From NCBI GenBank assembly GCA_964503675.1, contig CAZDBE010000003.1, positions 1 to 42,734 of the forward strand: a stretch of DNA of 42,734 nucleotides, written 5' to 3'. This document shows, piece after piece, positions 1 through 8,953 of this stretch; positions within the stretch are counted from its first letter, which is position 1, and the number at the start of each line of letters is the position of its first letter. Both the position numbers and the translations under genes were made by a program. The notes under the pieces were generated by a model, which was not told the origin of the DNA, did no database searches, and saw nothing but the letters and a program-made list of their open reading frames with translations. This DNA comes from an uncultured Pirellulaceae bacterium (GTDB taxonomy: Bacteria > Planctomycetota > Planctomycetia > Pirellulales > Pirellulaceae).

Positions 1-52
1 TTCTGAAGCCGGACTAACTCAAACTCTGGACCACTTTGCGGGGAGCAGACCA
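1..52. mobile_element. Terminal inverted repeat of an IS3-family (IS407-group) element; the body lies left of the window
   Basis: Reverse complement reads TGGTCTGCTCCCCGCAAAGTGGTCCAGAGTTTGAGTTAG. This closely resembles the ends of the complete IS at 16053/17243 (TGACCTGCTCCCC...TTAG). It ends exactly where the relaxase homology starts. Confidence 0.75.
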
Positions 53-672
53 ATAAGCGGCGACTTGAGGCACTTCGCCGGGCGAAGGTTGTGGAGCGCG
101 ATAGCGATGGAACCTGGGCAGTTCCAGAAACATTTGAAGCTGATGTGCTGGACTTCGAGAAGCGCAAATCTAGTGCACGCATTGTGCCTCGCACCTGGCT
201 CGGTTTGGATGAACTCGTCCAACACGATGGCTCAAGCTGGCTTGATCATTTGGGGGCAGATGAACTGTCCGTTCTTGGGCCTGGATTTGGGACCGAGTTA
301 CGCGCAGCTGCACAGAAACGTCGTGACTGGCTTATTTCGCGGGGCTTGATGCAATCATCCGAGGCGCAACTTTCAGAGACAGCCCGCAAGAAGCTACAGA
401 AGCTGGAGCTTGATGCCGCTCTTGCCCGCCAGGCCGATAAATTTCGGAAAGCTGCGATGGTTCTTGGACGCAAAGGTCAATTTGATGGGGTCTGCACTCA
501 CAATGTCGATTTGGCGCACGGCCGGTTTGCGGTTGTTCAATCTGACACGTCCCTAACGCTTGTGCGATGGCGGACAGAGCTAGCGGCGCATCGAGGACGG
601 GCGCTGTCTCTGAGCCGGTCTGGACAGACTGTAAACTGGCAGCTTTCTCATGGTCGCGGGTTGGGGCGTTGA
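53..672 (+). pseudogene. C-terminal fragment of a DUF3363/VirD2-like (RlxS-type) conjugative relaxase, interrupted by an IS
   Basis: Frame reads (H)KRRLEALRRAKVVERDSDGTW...GSSWLD...RRDWL...LAHGRFAVV...LVRW...GRGLGR, typical of DUF3363 relaxase C-termini. There is an in-frame TGA at 4-6 and an IS end at 52, so no intact N-terminus is joined. Confidence 0.75.
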
Positions 673-1050
673 TTGTGGTTGCAGGGTTCTGAATTTGAGC
701 GATTGAACGGCAATTTCGCGACAGAATCGAAAATACTCTGTCGTAACTCAAGTGGCGAAACTTGACGGTAGATCACTCAGAACAATTTGAGAAAGCACTA
801 CATCTGAGGCGCTTACTTGGACCACAACCGCACCCAAGTTTGTATGCCGAGACCATCGGCACGCCGGCGAACCAACCCGAATATTTGATCTGCAAGCAGG
901 GCTAGGTTCTCGGTGTTTTTGGTCAGCCAATCTCTATTTGTCCGATTACCAATAAGTGGGTGGTCATCCGTCGCTTTCGTCTAGGTGAATAGATCAGCAC
1001 GAAGGTGAAATTGGCTTCGTCGTTTGCCTTTCTAAGTTTGGTGAAGCCGT

Positions 1051-1941
1051 TTACGATTGCCGCGCCAAAAAGATAGCGCCCAATAACCCCGCATCATCGC
1101 CGTGTGCTGGCCGCGCGATCAGGATATCCACCGACTGCTGATCCTCTGATAAATACCCGCCGGAAAGGTCCAAATACTGGCTGCGAATTTTCGCCAATAT
1201 GTGAGGAGCGAGCATAAGTCCGCCGCCCATAAGAATGCGCTCCGGCCTGAATGAAAGCGACAACGACCAGCAGGCCTGCGCGAGATAGTTTGCCAGTATG
1301 CTCCAACCCTGATGATCTTGCGGGAGTGCCTTTGGGTCGCCGAATCTTGCCGTAAAGGCTGGCGCTGATGCGAGCCCCTCCAGACAGTCGCTATGAAAAC
1401 TGCACGCACCAGCAAAGTCATCATCCGTGTGGCGCGCGACCATAATATGGCCAAATTCGGGATGCTGCGGCTTACCCACCAACTTGCCGCCACTGTAGAT
1501 TCCAGCTCCAATACCTGTTCCAATGGTCACGTATGCAGCTGAGTTCGTACCGGCAGCCGCACCGTCGTTCAATTCCGCCAAAAGCGCCCCATTGACGTCA
1601 GTATCCACAAAGACAGGAACATTTAGTAAGGTTTCAAACGTGACTTTGAGATTTTCGCCAGACCAGCCGGGCTTGGGCGTGTTCAAAATTGTTCCATAGG
1701 ATCCAGATTTAGGGTCAACATCGACAGGGCCGAACGAAGCGATGCCCAGAGACGCGATTTCGCCCCCCCTTTCAGACGCTGCGCTGCGCAAAAAATCAGC
1801 ACATGCTTCTATCGTCTGCTGCGGGTCTGCGGTCTGAAAACGCTCTTTTGCGATCAAATGCCCACTATCATCTGCCAGTCCGCATTTGAAGGTTGTTCCA
1901 CCCGCATCGATCCCCGCCAAAAACTTTAATGGTTGCGTCAT
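1051..1941 (-). CDS. ROK-family sugar kinase, probable fructokinase
   Basis: GIDAGGTTFKC, GIASFGP, DTDVNGA, YVTIGTGIG and the Zn motif HPEFGH...C-x-FH-x-x-CLEGLAS of ROK fructokinases. Confidence 0.9.
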   Translation of the reverse strand: MTQPLKFLAGIDAGGTTFKCGLADDSGHLIAKERFQTADPQQTIEACADFLRSAASERGGEIASLGIASFGPVDVDPKSGSYGTILNTPKPGWSGENLKVTFETLLNVPVFVDTDVNGALLAELNDGAAAGTNSAAYVTIGTGIGAGIYSGGKLVGKPQHPEFGHIMVARHTDDDFAGACSFHSDCLEGLASAPAFTARFGDPKALPQDHQGWSILANYLAQACWSLSLSFRPERILMGGGLMLAPHILAKIRSQYLDLSGGYLSEDQQSVDILIARPAHGDDAGLLGAIFLARQS

Positions 1942-2020
1942 TTAAAGGCGTCCTGTGTGTTGTTGATCGCGGAAAAATACCGCGCGTTGAGCAAACACAT
2001 CTATCCAAAAACAAATAAAT

Positions 2021-2034
2021 TGCAATCGATTGCA
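2021..2034. promoter_or_regulatory. LacI-type operator palindrome TGCAATCGATTGCA between the divergent kinase and MFS genes
   Basis: Perfect 14-bp palindrome with central CG, typical of LacI-family sites. It recurs at four other promoter positions. Confidence 0.8.
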
Positions 2035-2113
2035 TTTTTGGTTATCTGGAGGTAGGAGGCGCGCCGAACAGTGCAGTTTCGTTATCATTGAACCGGTCGG
2101 CGAAAGGTAAATT

Positions 2114-3520
2114 ATGACCAAGAAGACAGATACAGCGCCGCTCTCTTTCGTCGAAAAAGTCGGCTACGGCCTCGGCGATATGGCGTCGAACTTCTATATG
2201 GGGTTCTTCGGCATATTCCTGCTATATTACTATACCGATGTCTGGGGCATTCATCCTGGCCATGCGGCATTGATGTTCCTCCTCACCAAGGTCATCGATG
2301 CGGTCAGTGATCCTGCGATGGGGCTGATTGCCGACCGAACGAATACCAAATGGGGCAAATACAGGCCATATCTTCTATGGACGGTGATCCCCTACGCCTT
2401 GCTCGGTTATTTGCTCTTCCTTGGTCCTGACCTCTCTCAGTCGGGAAAACTCATCTATGCTTATGTCACTTATTCATTGGTGATGCTGGCGTATACGGCC
2501 ATCAATGTACCGTATTCTGCGCTGCTGGCGGTCATTCACCCTGACACCGAGGAGCGTACAAAGGCGACCCAATACAGGTTTGTGTTCGCGTCACTCGGGT
2601 CGCTGGTCGTTGGCGCCACAACCAAGCCACTGGTTGAATGGCTCGGCCAAGGTAGCGAAGTCACCGGGTTTCGCCTGACGATCATCCTGTTTGCCATTCT
2701 GTCGATCATTCTATTTGCGATCACATTCGCGACGACAAAAGAACGTATCCAACCTGAAAAACATAGCTCGTCAGTGAAAAATGATTTTGGGGTTCTACTG
2801 AAGAATATCTCTTGGATCGCGCTGGCGGTTACGGGGATCTTGATCGTCATAGGCCTGGTCGGGCGCATCTCGTCGGCAGCTTTCTATACCAAATACTACA
2901 TGACTGGCGGCGACGACAAGATTCTGTGGTGGATGGACCGCACATCCCTGATCATTACGTGCGGGTTTATCGGGCAGATGTTCGGCGCGCTTCTGACGCC
3001 GACATTCCTGAAATTTATGGACAAGCACAAGCTCATGATCACAATGAGCCTGCTGAATGCCAGCTTGTTGGGAGCCGGGTATTTTCTGTCGCCGGATCAG
3101 TATGTACCGACTCTGCTGCTGTATTCTGCAGGCATATTCACATTCGGCGTCATGATCACATTGCTTTTCGCGATGTACACCGATTGCGCCCAATACGGTG
3201 AGTGGATTTCAGGAAAAAATAGCGCGGGCCTCACGATTTCGGCGTCCATGTTCTCACTAAAGACCGGCTCAGCGGTCGGAAGTGCAATTCCGGCAGCCAT
3301 ACTTGCCGGCTTTGGATTTGTTGCAAACGAGGTTCAGACCGACGCCGCTGTTCAGGGCATCCGCCTCATGTTTCACATTGTGCCCGCAGGTTTCTATCTT
3401 TTGTCGGCAGCGTTGATGCTTGCCTATAAGATTGACGGCGAGACGCTAAAAAAGATTGAACGAGAATTGCTTGACCGGCGCGACAAGTTGGCTTCAGGAC
3501 AAAAACTCGCCACTCAATAA
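2114..3520 (+). CDS. MFS glycoside-pentoside-hexuronide (MelB/GPH family) sugar:cation symporter
   Basis: EKVGYGLGDMASN, DAVSDPAMGLIADRT..WGKYRPY, INVPYSAL; about 12 hydrophobic segments. Confidence 0.92.
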   Translation: MTKKTDTAPLSFVEKVGYGLGDMASNFYMGFFGIFLLYYYTDVWGIHPGHAALMFLLTKVIDAVSDPAMGLIADRTNTKWGKYRPYLLWTVIPYALLGYLLFLGPDLSQSGKLIYAYVTYSLVMLAYTAINVPYSALLAVIHPDTEERTKATQYRFVFASLGSLVVGATTKPLVEWLGQGSEVTGFRLTIILFAILSIILFAITFATTKERIQPEKHSSSVKNDFGVLLKNISWIALAVTGILIVIGLVGRISSAAFYTKYYMTGGDDKILWWMDRTSLIITCGFIGQMFGALLTPTFLKFMDKHKLMITMSLLNASLLGAGYFLSPDQYVPTLLLYSAGIFTFGVMITLLFAMYTDCAQYGEWISGKNSAGLTISASMFSLKTGSAVGSAIPAAILAGFGFVANEVQTDAAVQGIRLMFHIVPAGFYLLSAALMLAYKIDGETLKKIERELLDRRDKLASGQKLATQ

Positions 3521-3570
3521 TTCTGACACGCCTCTAAGAGGCTGATACCTCCCAATGAGACTTCACGAAC

Positions 3571-4659
3571 ATGACCAAAAGACACCCCCCCATCCCGGCG
3601 CCATATGAAACGCCATTCCACGGCCCAATTCAGCATCCAGAATTGTGGCTTTGGGACAGCTGGATTGTCATCACGGGTCCTGAACTGCACCTTTATTGCC
3701 TCGCCCTTAGCCGGGTCGATCATGATGGTGCCCCCATCCCTCCCGGCAATGAGTACTTCTTCCACATCAGACACTTTTTATCGCTAGATGACGGTGCATC
3801 CTGGACCGACAAGGGACGCGCCATCGGGCCTGGAAATATGGCCGATCAAAGCGACGCCGGAAATATCTGGAGCGGAAGTGTGCATGCGCTCGAAGATGGC
3901 CGTATTTTGTACGGATTCACGGGACTTGCCGCAGCCGGGCCTGATCACAACTTCATTCAGACTATTTGCTTTGCTCTCGGATCAGACACATCCGGACCGG
4001 ACGTGTTTCCGGCGGCCGCCGCGAGTCACCCCGTAAGAGACCGCGAGGCAATAGTGGATGCGGGCTATTATTTACCTGCGGCTGGCGACATTGGTCACAA
4101 TGAAGGTGAAGAAGGCGGGCCTATTCTCGCCTGGCGTGACCCGCACATTTTTCAGGATGATGATGGAATTATGCACGCCTTCTGGTCGGCTAAAATCGCC
4201 CCCCGAATTCCTGCGGTTGCACATGCAATTCTGGGCGTTAACGGAGATACAGTTTCAATCGCCTCGCTGGAACCGCCAATTCTGCTTCCCGACGTTGACG
4301 CCTACACACAGGCCGAAGTCCCAAAACTCTACAAAGACCCGGCGACCGAGACGTATTACATGTTGATTGCTGCGTGCAATCGCACACATGAAAGTCAACC
4401 CGACTCGGCGATTTCCAAAGAAACCCGTCTGTATAAGTCGCGAGGCATCACTGGCCCATGGGAGACCTATCACCCGGGTACCAGCGTCCTGGACAACACG
4501 GACTATTTGTTTGGCGGAAGCATCACGACAATCAATTCGGCTGAGAGCACCGCGCAGTTGATTGCGCCCTACACGACAAAAATTGGAACAGACCAGCAGC
4601 TCTCATTTGAGGCCATACGGACGATCTCATTCAAGCAAGCTCTTGAGAAAACCGAGTAA
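3571..4659 (+). CDS. Clan GH-J five-bladed beta-propeller glycoside hydrolase (GH68/GH32-like beta-fructofuranosidase/invertase), cytoplasmic
   Basis: Catalytic-triad motifs LWLWDSW, WRDP and QAEVP, plus WSGS. No signal peptide. Lies next to the fructokinase and transporter. Confidence 0.8.
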   Translation: MTKRHPPIPAPYETPFHGPIQHPELWLWDSWIVITGPELHLYCLALSRVDHDGAPIPPGNEYFFHIRHFLSLDDGASWTDKGRAIGPGNMADQSDAGNIWSGSVHALEDGRILYGFTGLAAAGPDHNFIQTICFALGSDTSGPDVFPAAAASHPVRDREAIVDAGYYLPAAGDIGHNEGEEGGPILAWRDPHIFQDDDGIMHAFWSAKIAPRIPAVAHAILGVNGDTVSIASLEPPILLPDVDAYTQAEVPKLYKDPATETYYMLIAACNRTHESQPDSAISKETRLYKSRGITGPWETYHPGTSVLDNTDYLFGGSITTINSAESTAQLIAPYTTKIGTDQQLSFEAIRTISFKQALEKTE

Positions 4660-4662
4660 AAA

Positions 4663-5697
4663 TCAACTTTCTGATTTGCACGCTCCGCACGATTGACGAA
4701 TAACGAGTTCAGTCGGCATCATCGCTGACTCTACCCGTTCGCCTGCGATCTTGCGGAGGAGAAGGTCGACCATCTTTTCTCCGCCGAGTTTGATGTTCTG
4801 GTTCACAGTTGTCAGGGCCGGGGTCGTCAGCGCGGCCTGACCAACATCATCATAGCCAACGATGGACACATCCCCTGGCACGTCAATGCCCTCCGATTGC
4901 AGCACATGGATGGCCGCCATTGCGAGTACATCTGAGGCGGCAAATATCGCGTCGAATTTAAGGTCCTTTTCGATCTGCGCGCGCAGCATTCCGATCGCAT
5001 CCTCGCCTCCGAAACTGACATTCAGCACGAGATCTGACGCGTGCGTGAAGCCATGCTGCGCATGTGCCTTTTGCAAACCTTCATAGCGAAGTTTTACTTC
5101 TGGCAGCTGAGTATCACCAAGAAAGAGAACAGATCGACGCCCCAGGCCAAGCAGATGATCCACAGCTGACCGGCCGCCTTCAATATTATCACTGCCAACA
5201 ATTGTATAATCGGCCTTTTCCATCTGACCGCCCCACACCACAACGTTTGTCGCAACAGATCCCATCGTATTCAATCGCTCGGTGCGGCCTGCCTGGCCAA
5301 TAATGATTAGGCCGTCAGCACGGCCCGTTTGCAGAAGACGCCGCTCGGCGATCTGCTCCTCATTCTGCGGAATGCTGACGATCAGGTCGTAGCCCTTCAT
5401 CGCTGCAGCGTGTGAAACCGCGCCTACCATTTCGAGAAAAAACGGATCTGAAATCGTCTGACCAGACTCCGGGCTCATCGGGATCACGATCCCAATGGCT
5501 TCGGTCGATTGCCGCCGAAGGTTTCTGGCCGCTGCATTAACTGCATAGCCGGTCTCATCAGCTATCTTGAGAATGTGCGCCTTCGTATCTGGCTTGACCA
5601 AAGGGCTGTTATTGAGCGCGCGCGAGACCGTCGACACATCGACTTCAGCGAGCCGGGCAAGCTCAGCCATTGTAATCTTGTTCTTTTTCGCGCTCAT
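4663..5697 (-). CDS. LacI-family transcriptional repressor
   Basis: N-terminal HTH ITMAELARLAEVDVSTVSRALN, hinge YAVNAAARNL, C-terminal VPGDVSIVGYDD...PALTTV. Confidence 0.95.
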   Translation of the reverse strand: MSAKKNKITMAELARLAEVDVSTVSRALNNSPLVKPDTKAHILKIADETGYAVNAAARNLRRQSTEAIGIVIPMSPESGQTISDPFFLEMVGAVSHAAAMKGYDLIVSIPQNEEQIAERRLLQTGRADGLIIIGQAGRTERLNTMGSVATNVVVWGGQMEKADYTIVGSDNIEGGRSAVDHLLGLGRRSVLFLGDTQLPEVKLRYEGLQKAHAQHGFTHASDLVLNVSFGGEDAIGMLRAQIEKDLKFDAIFAASDVLAMAAIHVLQSEGIDVPGDVSIVGYDDVGQAALTTPALTTVNQNIKLGGEKMVDLLLRKIAGERVESAMMPTELVIRQSCGACKSES

Positions 5698-5724
5698 TGT
5701 GATCGTCGCTTTCTGCTCTCGAAA

Positions 5725-7206
5725 TTAGCCGAGCTGTGCCAGCCATGTCTCATGACGTGGCAGTTTAGCATAGCATTTCTGAAGCGTTGGGCCTAAATCG
5801 GGCACCGCAGCACCGCTATGTAGATTTTCTGGGCGCGTATGCGACATGCCAAAGAGAAGATATTCGTAACTTTCCAGAGAAAACAGTCTTTGAGCCCGTT
5901 CAAAATCAAGATCGCTCGGTCGCTTTTCACGCCACAAATCAAATTTGTCTCGCACGCTTTCAAGCACAGCGTCGCTCGACGTCGCAGCGCTCCAAAATGG
6001 CGTATCGCGCCGCTTTGATGTGACATAGTGAAGGTTCAGATATTCAGCGACCTCATCGTAAAGCGTTTGCATCCGCCCATTAAACACGCGTGCGGCCTGC
6101 TTTCGCCCAGCAACCGCAGCCGGTAGCAACTCGCCCAAAGACTCCGCAGCAAATTCGATCATGTAGAGGCCTGAAGATTCCAGCGGTTCAAGAAACCCGT
6201 CCGCCAGCCCAATGGCAACGCAATTGCCTACCCAGGAGGCCGCCCGCTTGCCGCTCGCAAACCGTATCGTGCGCGTCTCGATTTCGTCCGAATGGCCGCC
6301 TTCCGCCGCCTTAAGTTCGGCCTCGGCATCTTCGTCAGAGATGAACTGACTTGCGTAGACGTATCCGACGCCCCTGCGGCCCTGCAGAGGAATATCCCAA
6401 CTCCAGCCGGCATTACGGGCCAACGCTAATGTGTAAGGCTTGATCGCATCCGGCTGATACACGTCATAAGGCACCCGCATTGTCACGGCTCGATCGCATA
6501 GCAACGCGTCGGAGCAAGTTGTGAAGTCCACACCAAGCGCCCCCGATATTAAGACGGCGCGAAATCCCGTGCAGTCTATGTATAGGTCAGCGTCCAGTCG
6601 CTCGCCGGAAGCGGTGCTGATATCCTCAATGTTTCCATCTGCGCCGACTGACACATCCGAGACATTATCCAAAATGTGCCGAATACCTCGCCGGGTTCCA
6701 AGATCGGTTAAGAGCCCCGCGAGTTTGATCGCATCCAGATGATAGGCGTAGGGAAAGGTCGAAGCGAAATCTGGCCAACCCACCGCTTTAGGAGCATGGC
6801 CCCGTTCAGACGTGTTTGAGAGAATCGAAAAGGCCTTGGCAAAATTCTCCGGCTCAGCGCCGGACGCAAGCCACGTCCCGATAGCATTGTCTGTTTCCGG
6901 GCGCTGACGGCGGTCAAATGGATGATCGAATGCTGCGCCCCTATTCCAGTCTACGAAACGGATTTTCGACTTAAACGTTGCGTCCGTTGCACGCATGAAT
7001 TCGGTTTCGTTCAATCCTATTAGTTGAAGCGTTCGCCTGATACTGGGCACTGTCGCTTCACCGACCCCAACGCTCGGAATGTCCGGCGATTCTACCAGCG
7101 TAATTTCAGCGAAGTTCCGCCCGCCCGCATTCAGAAGAGCGTCCAGCACATTTGCGGTAATCCAACCGGCGCTGCCGCCCCCTACAATCAATACTCTGTA
7201 GCTCAA
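5725..7206 (-). CDS. Flavin-dependent halogenase, tryptophan-halogenase family (halogenase 1)
   Basis: GGGSAG FAD motif, GVGEAT, ATFK with the catalytic Lys, HPF, YAYHLDA, WSWDIP, GFLEPLESSG. TTG start with a GGAGG RBS. Confidence 0.92.
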   Translation of the reverse strand: MSYRVLIVGGGSAGWITANVLDALLNAGGRNFAEITLVESPDIPSVGVGEATVPSIRRTLQLIGLNETEFMRATDATFKSKIRFVDWNRGAAFDHPFDRRQRPETDNAIGTWLASGAEPENFAKAFSILSNTSERGHAPKAVGWPDFASTFPYAYHLDAIKLAGLLTDLGTRRGIRHILDNVSDVSVGADGNIEDISTASGERLDADLYIDCTGFRAVLISGALGVDFTTCSDALLCDRAVTMRVPYDVYQPDAIKPYTLALARNAGWSWDIPLQGRRGVGYVYASQFISDEDAEAELKAAEGGHSDEIETRTIRFASGKRAASWVGNCVAIGLADGFLEPLESSGLYMIEFAAESLGELLPAAVAGRKQAARVFNGRMQTLYDEVAEYLNLHYVTSKRRDTPFWSAATSSDAVLESVRDKFDLWREKRPSDLDFERAQRLFSLESYEYLLFGMSHTRPENLHSGAAVPDLGPTLQKCYAKLPRHETWLAQLG

Positions 7207-7293
7207 GCGGTCGCCTCCAAATTAACGCGCTGCAAGGGAAGCTAGCGCGCCCCATGCTAAACCGCTTCAAAAAACTTCAATCGTGATATAGCT

Positions 7294-7307
7294 TACAAAC
7301 GATTGGA
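7294..7307. promoter_or_regulatory. LacI-type operator variant TACAAACGATTGGA between the two divergent halogenases
   Basis: One mismatch to the 11716 site (TACAATCGATTGGA). Lies in the roughly 110-bp divergent intergenic region and overlaps the GGAG RBS of halogenase 2. Confidence 0.6.
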
Positions 7308-7316
7308 GAAATGTCG

Positions 7317-8858
7317 ATGACTAACCCTGAAATGCCGCTTAAAATCATTATTGTAGGCGGCGGAACGGCGGGGTGGTTGTCAGCAGGGTTCCTGTTCAGC
7401 CAACTGCCGCAAACGACAAACCGGGCCGTTCAGATCACGCTAATTGAAGCCTCTGACATTCCGACCGTCGGGGTCGGCGAGGCCACCATTCCATCACTTC
7501 GCCAGACACTGGCGGCATGCGGCGTTTCGGAGATCGAATTTCTGAAATCGTGTGACGCAACCTTCAAACACGGCATTCAGTTCACGCAATGGCGCAAGGC
7601 CCCAAAGGAGGATCCGGGCGAGGCCTATTTTCACCCCTTCGGCGATCCGATTGAAGTGGCGGGTCTCAACCCTGCCCGGCAATGGAGCCGACTTGAGCCT
7701 GAGGAACGCGGCGCGTTTGCAGACCTCTTTTCGGTTCAGGCCGAACTTGCCAAATCCGGACGCGCGCCGAAGCATCTGAGAGATCGTCCATATGACGGTG
7801 CGCTCGCCTATGCCTATCATCTGGATGCAGGCAAGCTTGCGCAGTTCCTGAAAGAGCGCTTTCGGAAACGCGGCATTAATCACGTGATCGGAACCGTTGA
7901 GGACGTCGCACTCGGTGACGACGGAGTCATTGCATCGCTTACGCTGCAATCGGGCGACGTCATGACAGCTGACCTCTACATTGATTGCACAGGTTTCGCT
8001 GCGCGCCTGATCAATAGCGATAAGACCAACGTCTTTGAAGACAAGTCACCCATCCTGTTCGTCGACAAAGCGGTGACAACGCGAATTCCTCATGACGGGA
8101 TCCAGGCTATCAACGGATATACCAAATGCACAGCGCAAACATCCGGCTGGATTTGGGATATCGCTCTACAGGAACGCCGCGGAATTGGGCATGTCTACAG
8201 CTCGCGTCATACCAGCGAAGAGGATGCCAAACGCCAACTCGCACAATATATTGGCCAGCCAGAAGGCGACCTCGACATACGCGCCCTTAATATGCGCATA
8301 GGCTATCACCGCCAGCAATGGCGCGGAAATTGTGTCGCGATCGGATTGTCGAGCGGGTTCTTGGAGCCATTAGAATCGACCGGCATCTATCTGATCGAAA
8401 TGGCGAACTGGGCTTTGGCAGATATGATCCCGCGTTTTCTGTCAGGGGCCCGGCCCCAAGATCATTTTAGCCGCATCATGTCGAACCATTATGAGAACAT
8501 TACCGATTTCCTGAAGCTCCATTATTGCCTGACAGATCGACGCGACACCGCCTTTTGGCGGGACAATTGCGAGGCTGACACCATACCGGTTACTCTGCAG
8601 GAAAAGTTGAACGCGTGGGAGGACAATATCCCGAGTGTCTATGATTTTGATCGTACGACGCAATGCTTCTCGCAGACCAATTTTCAATTCGTGCTGTTCG
8701 GCATGGGCTGGCGTGGACACAAACAGCCGACACCTCGCTCAGAACGTATTGGACATATGCTGCAGGAGCTCGCGACACGGCGCCAGCGACTGAGAGAATT
8801 TGTCGTGCGTGACACGGTGACCAACGCCGAAATTTTTTCTGCGATTGGTACCAACTGA
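7317..8858 (+). CDS. Flavin-dependent halogenase, tryptophan-halogenase family (halogenase 2)
   Basis: GGGTAG, GVGEATIP, ATFKHGI, HPFG, YAYHLDA, WIWDIA, GFLEPLESTG. Start 7317 is preferred over 7311 on RBS spacing. Confidence 0.92.
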   Translation: MTNPEMPLKIIIVGGGTAGWLSAGFLFSQLPQTTNRAVQITLIEASDIPTVGVGEATIPSLRQTLAACGVSEIEFLKSCDATFKHGIQFTQWRKAPKEDPGEAYFHPFGDPIEVAGLNPARQWSRLEPEERGAFADLFSVQAELAKSGRAPKHLRDRPYDGALAYAYHLDAGKLAQFLKERFRKRGINHVIGTVEDVALGDDGVIASLTLQSGDVMTADLYIDCTGFAARLINSDKTNVFEDKSPILFVDKAVTTRIPHDGIQAINGYTKCTAQTSGWIWDIALQERRGIGHVYSSRHTSEEDAKRQLAQYIGQPEGDLDIRALNMRIGYHRQQWRGNCVAIGLSSGFLEPLESTGIYLIEMANWALADMIPRFLSGARPQDHFSRIMSNHYENITDFLKLHYCLTDRRDTAFWRDNCEADTIPVTLQEKLNAWEDNIPSVYDFDRTTQCFSQTNFQFVLFGMGWRGHKQPTPRSERIGHMLQELATRRQRLREFVVRDTVTNAEIFSAIGTN

Positions 8859-8869
8859 AACCCGAACTC

Positions 8870-8910
8870 AAAAATAAGAACCGGCCTGTCGTTTAAGACA
8901 GACCGGCTCT
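8870..8910 (-). terminator. Intrinsic terminator of the TBDR transcript
   Basis: Minus strand: 14-bp stem AGAGCCGGTCTGTC/GACAGGCCGGTTCT with two G-U pairs, followed by TATTTTT. Confidence 0.75.
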
Positions 8911-8953
8911 CTAAGAGTGCCGCCTCAGGAGGAAATAGCGGCGCTCTTCCCCG

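Noticed and set aside
673-1050. Possible att site, ncRNA or small gene after the relaxase
   Set aside because: Only short stems (CGACAGA/TCTGTCG, TCAAGT/ACTTGA); no tRNA fragment, repeat partner or credible ORF.
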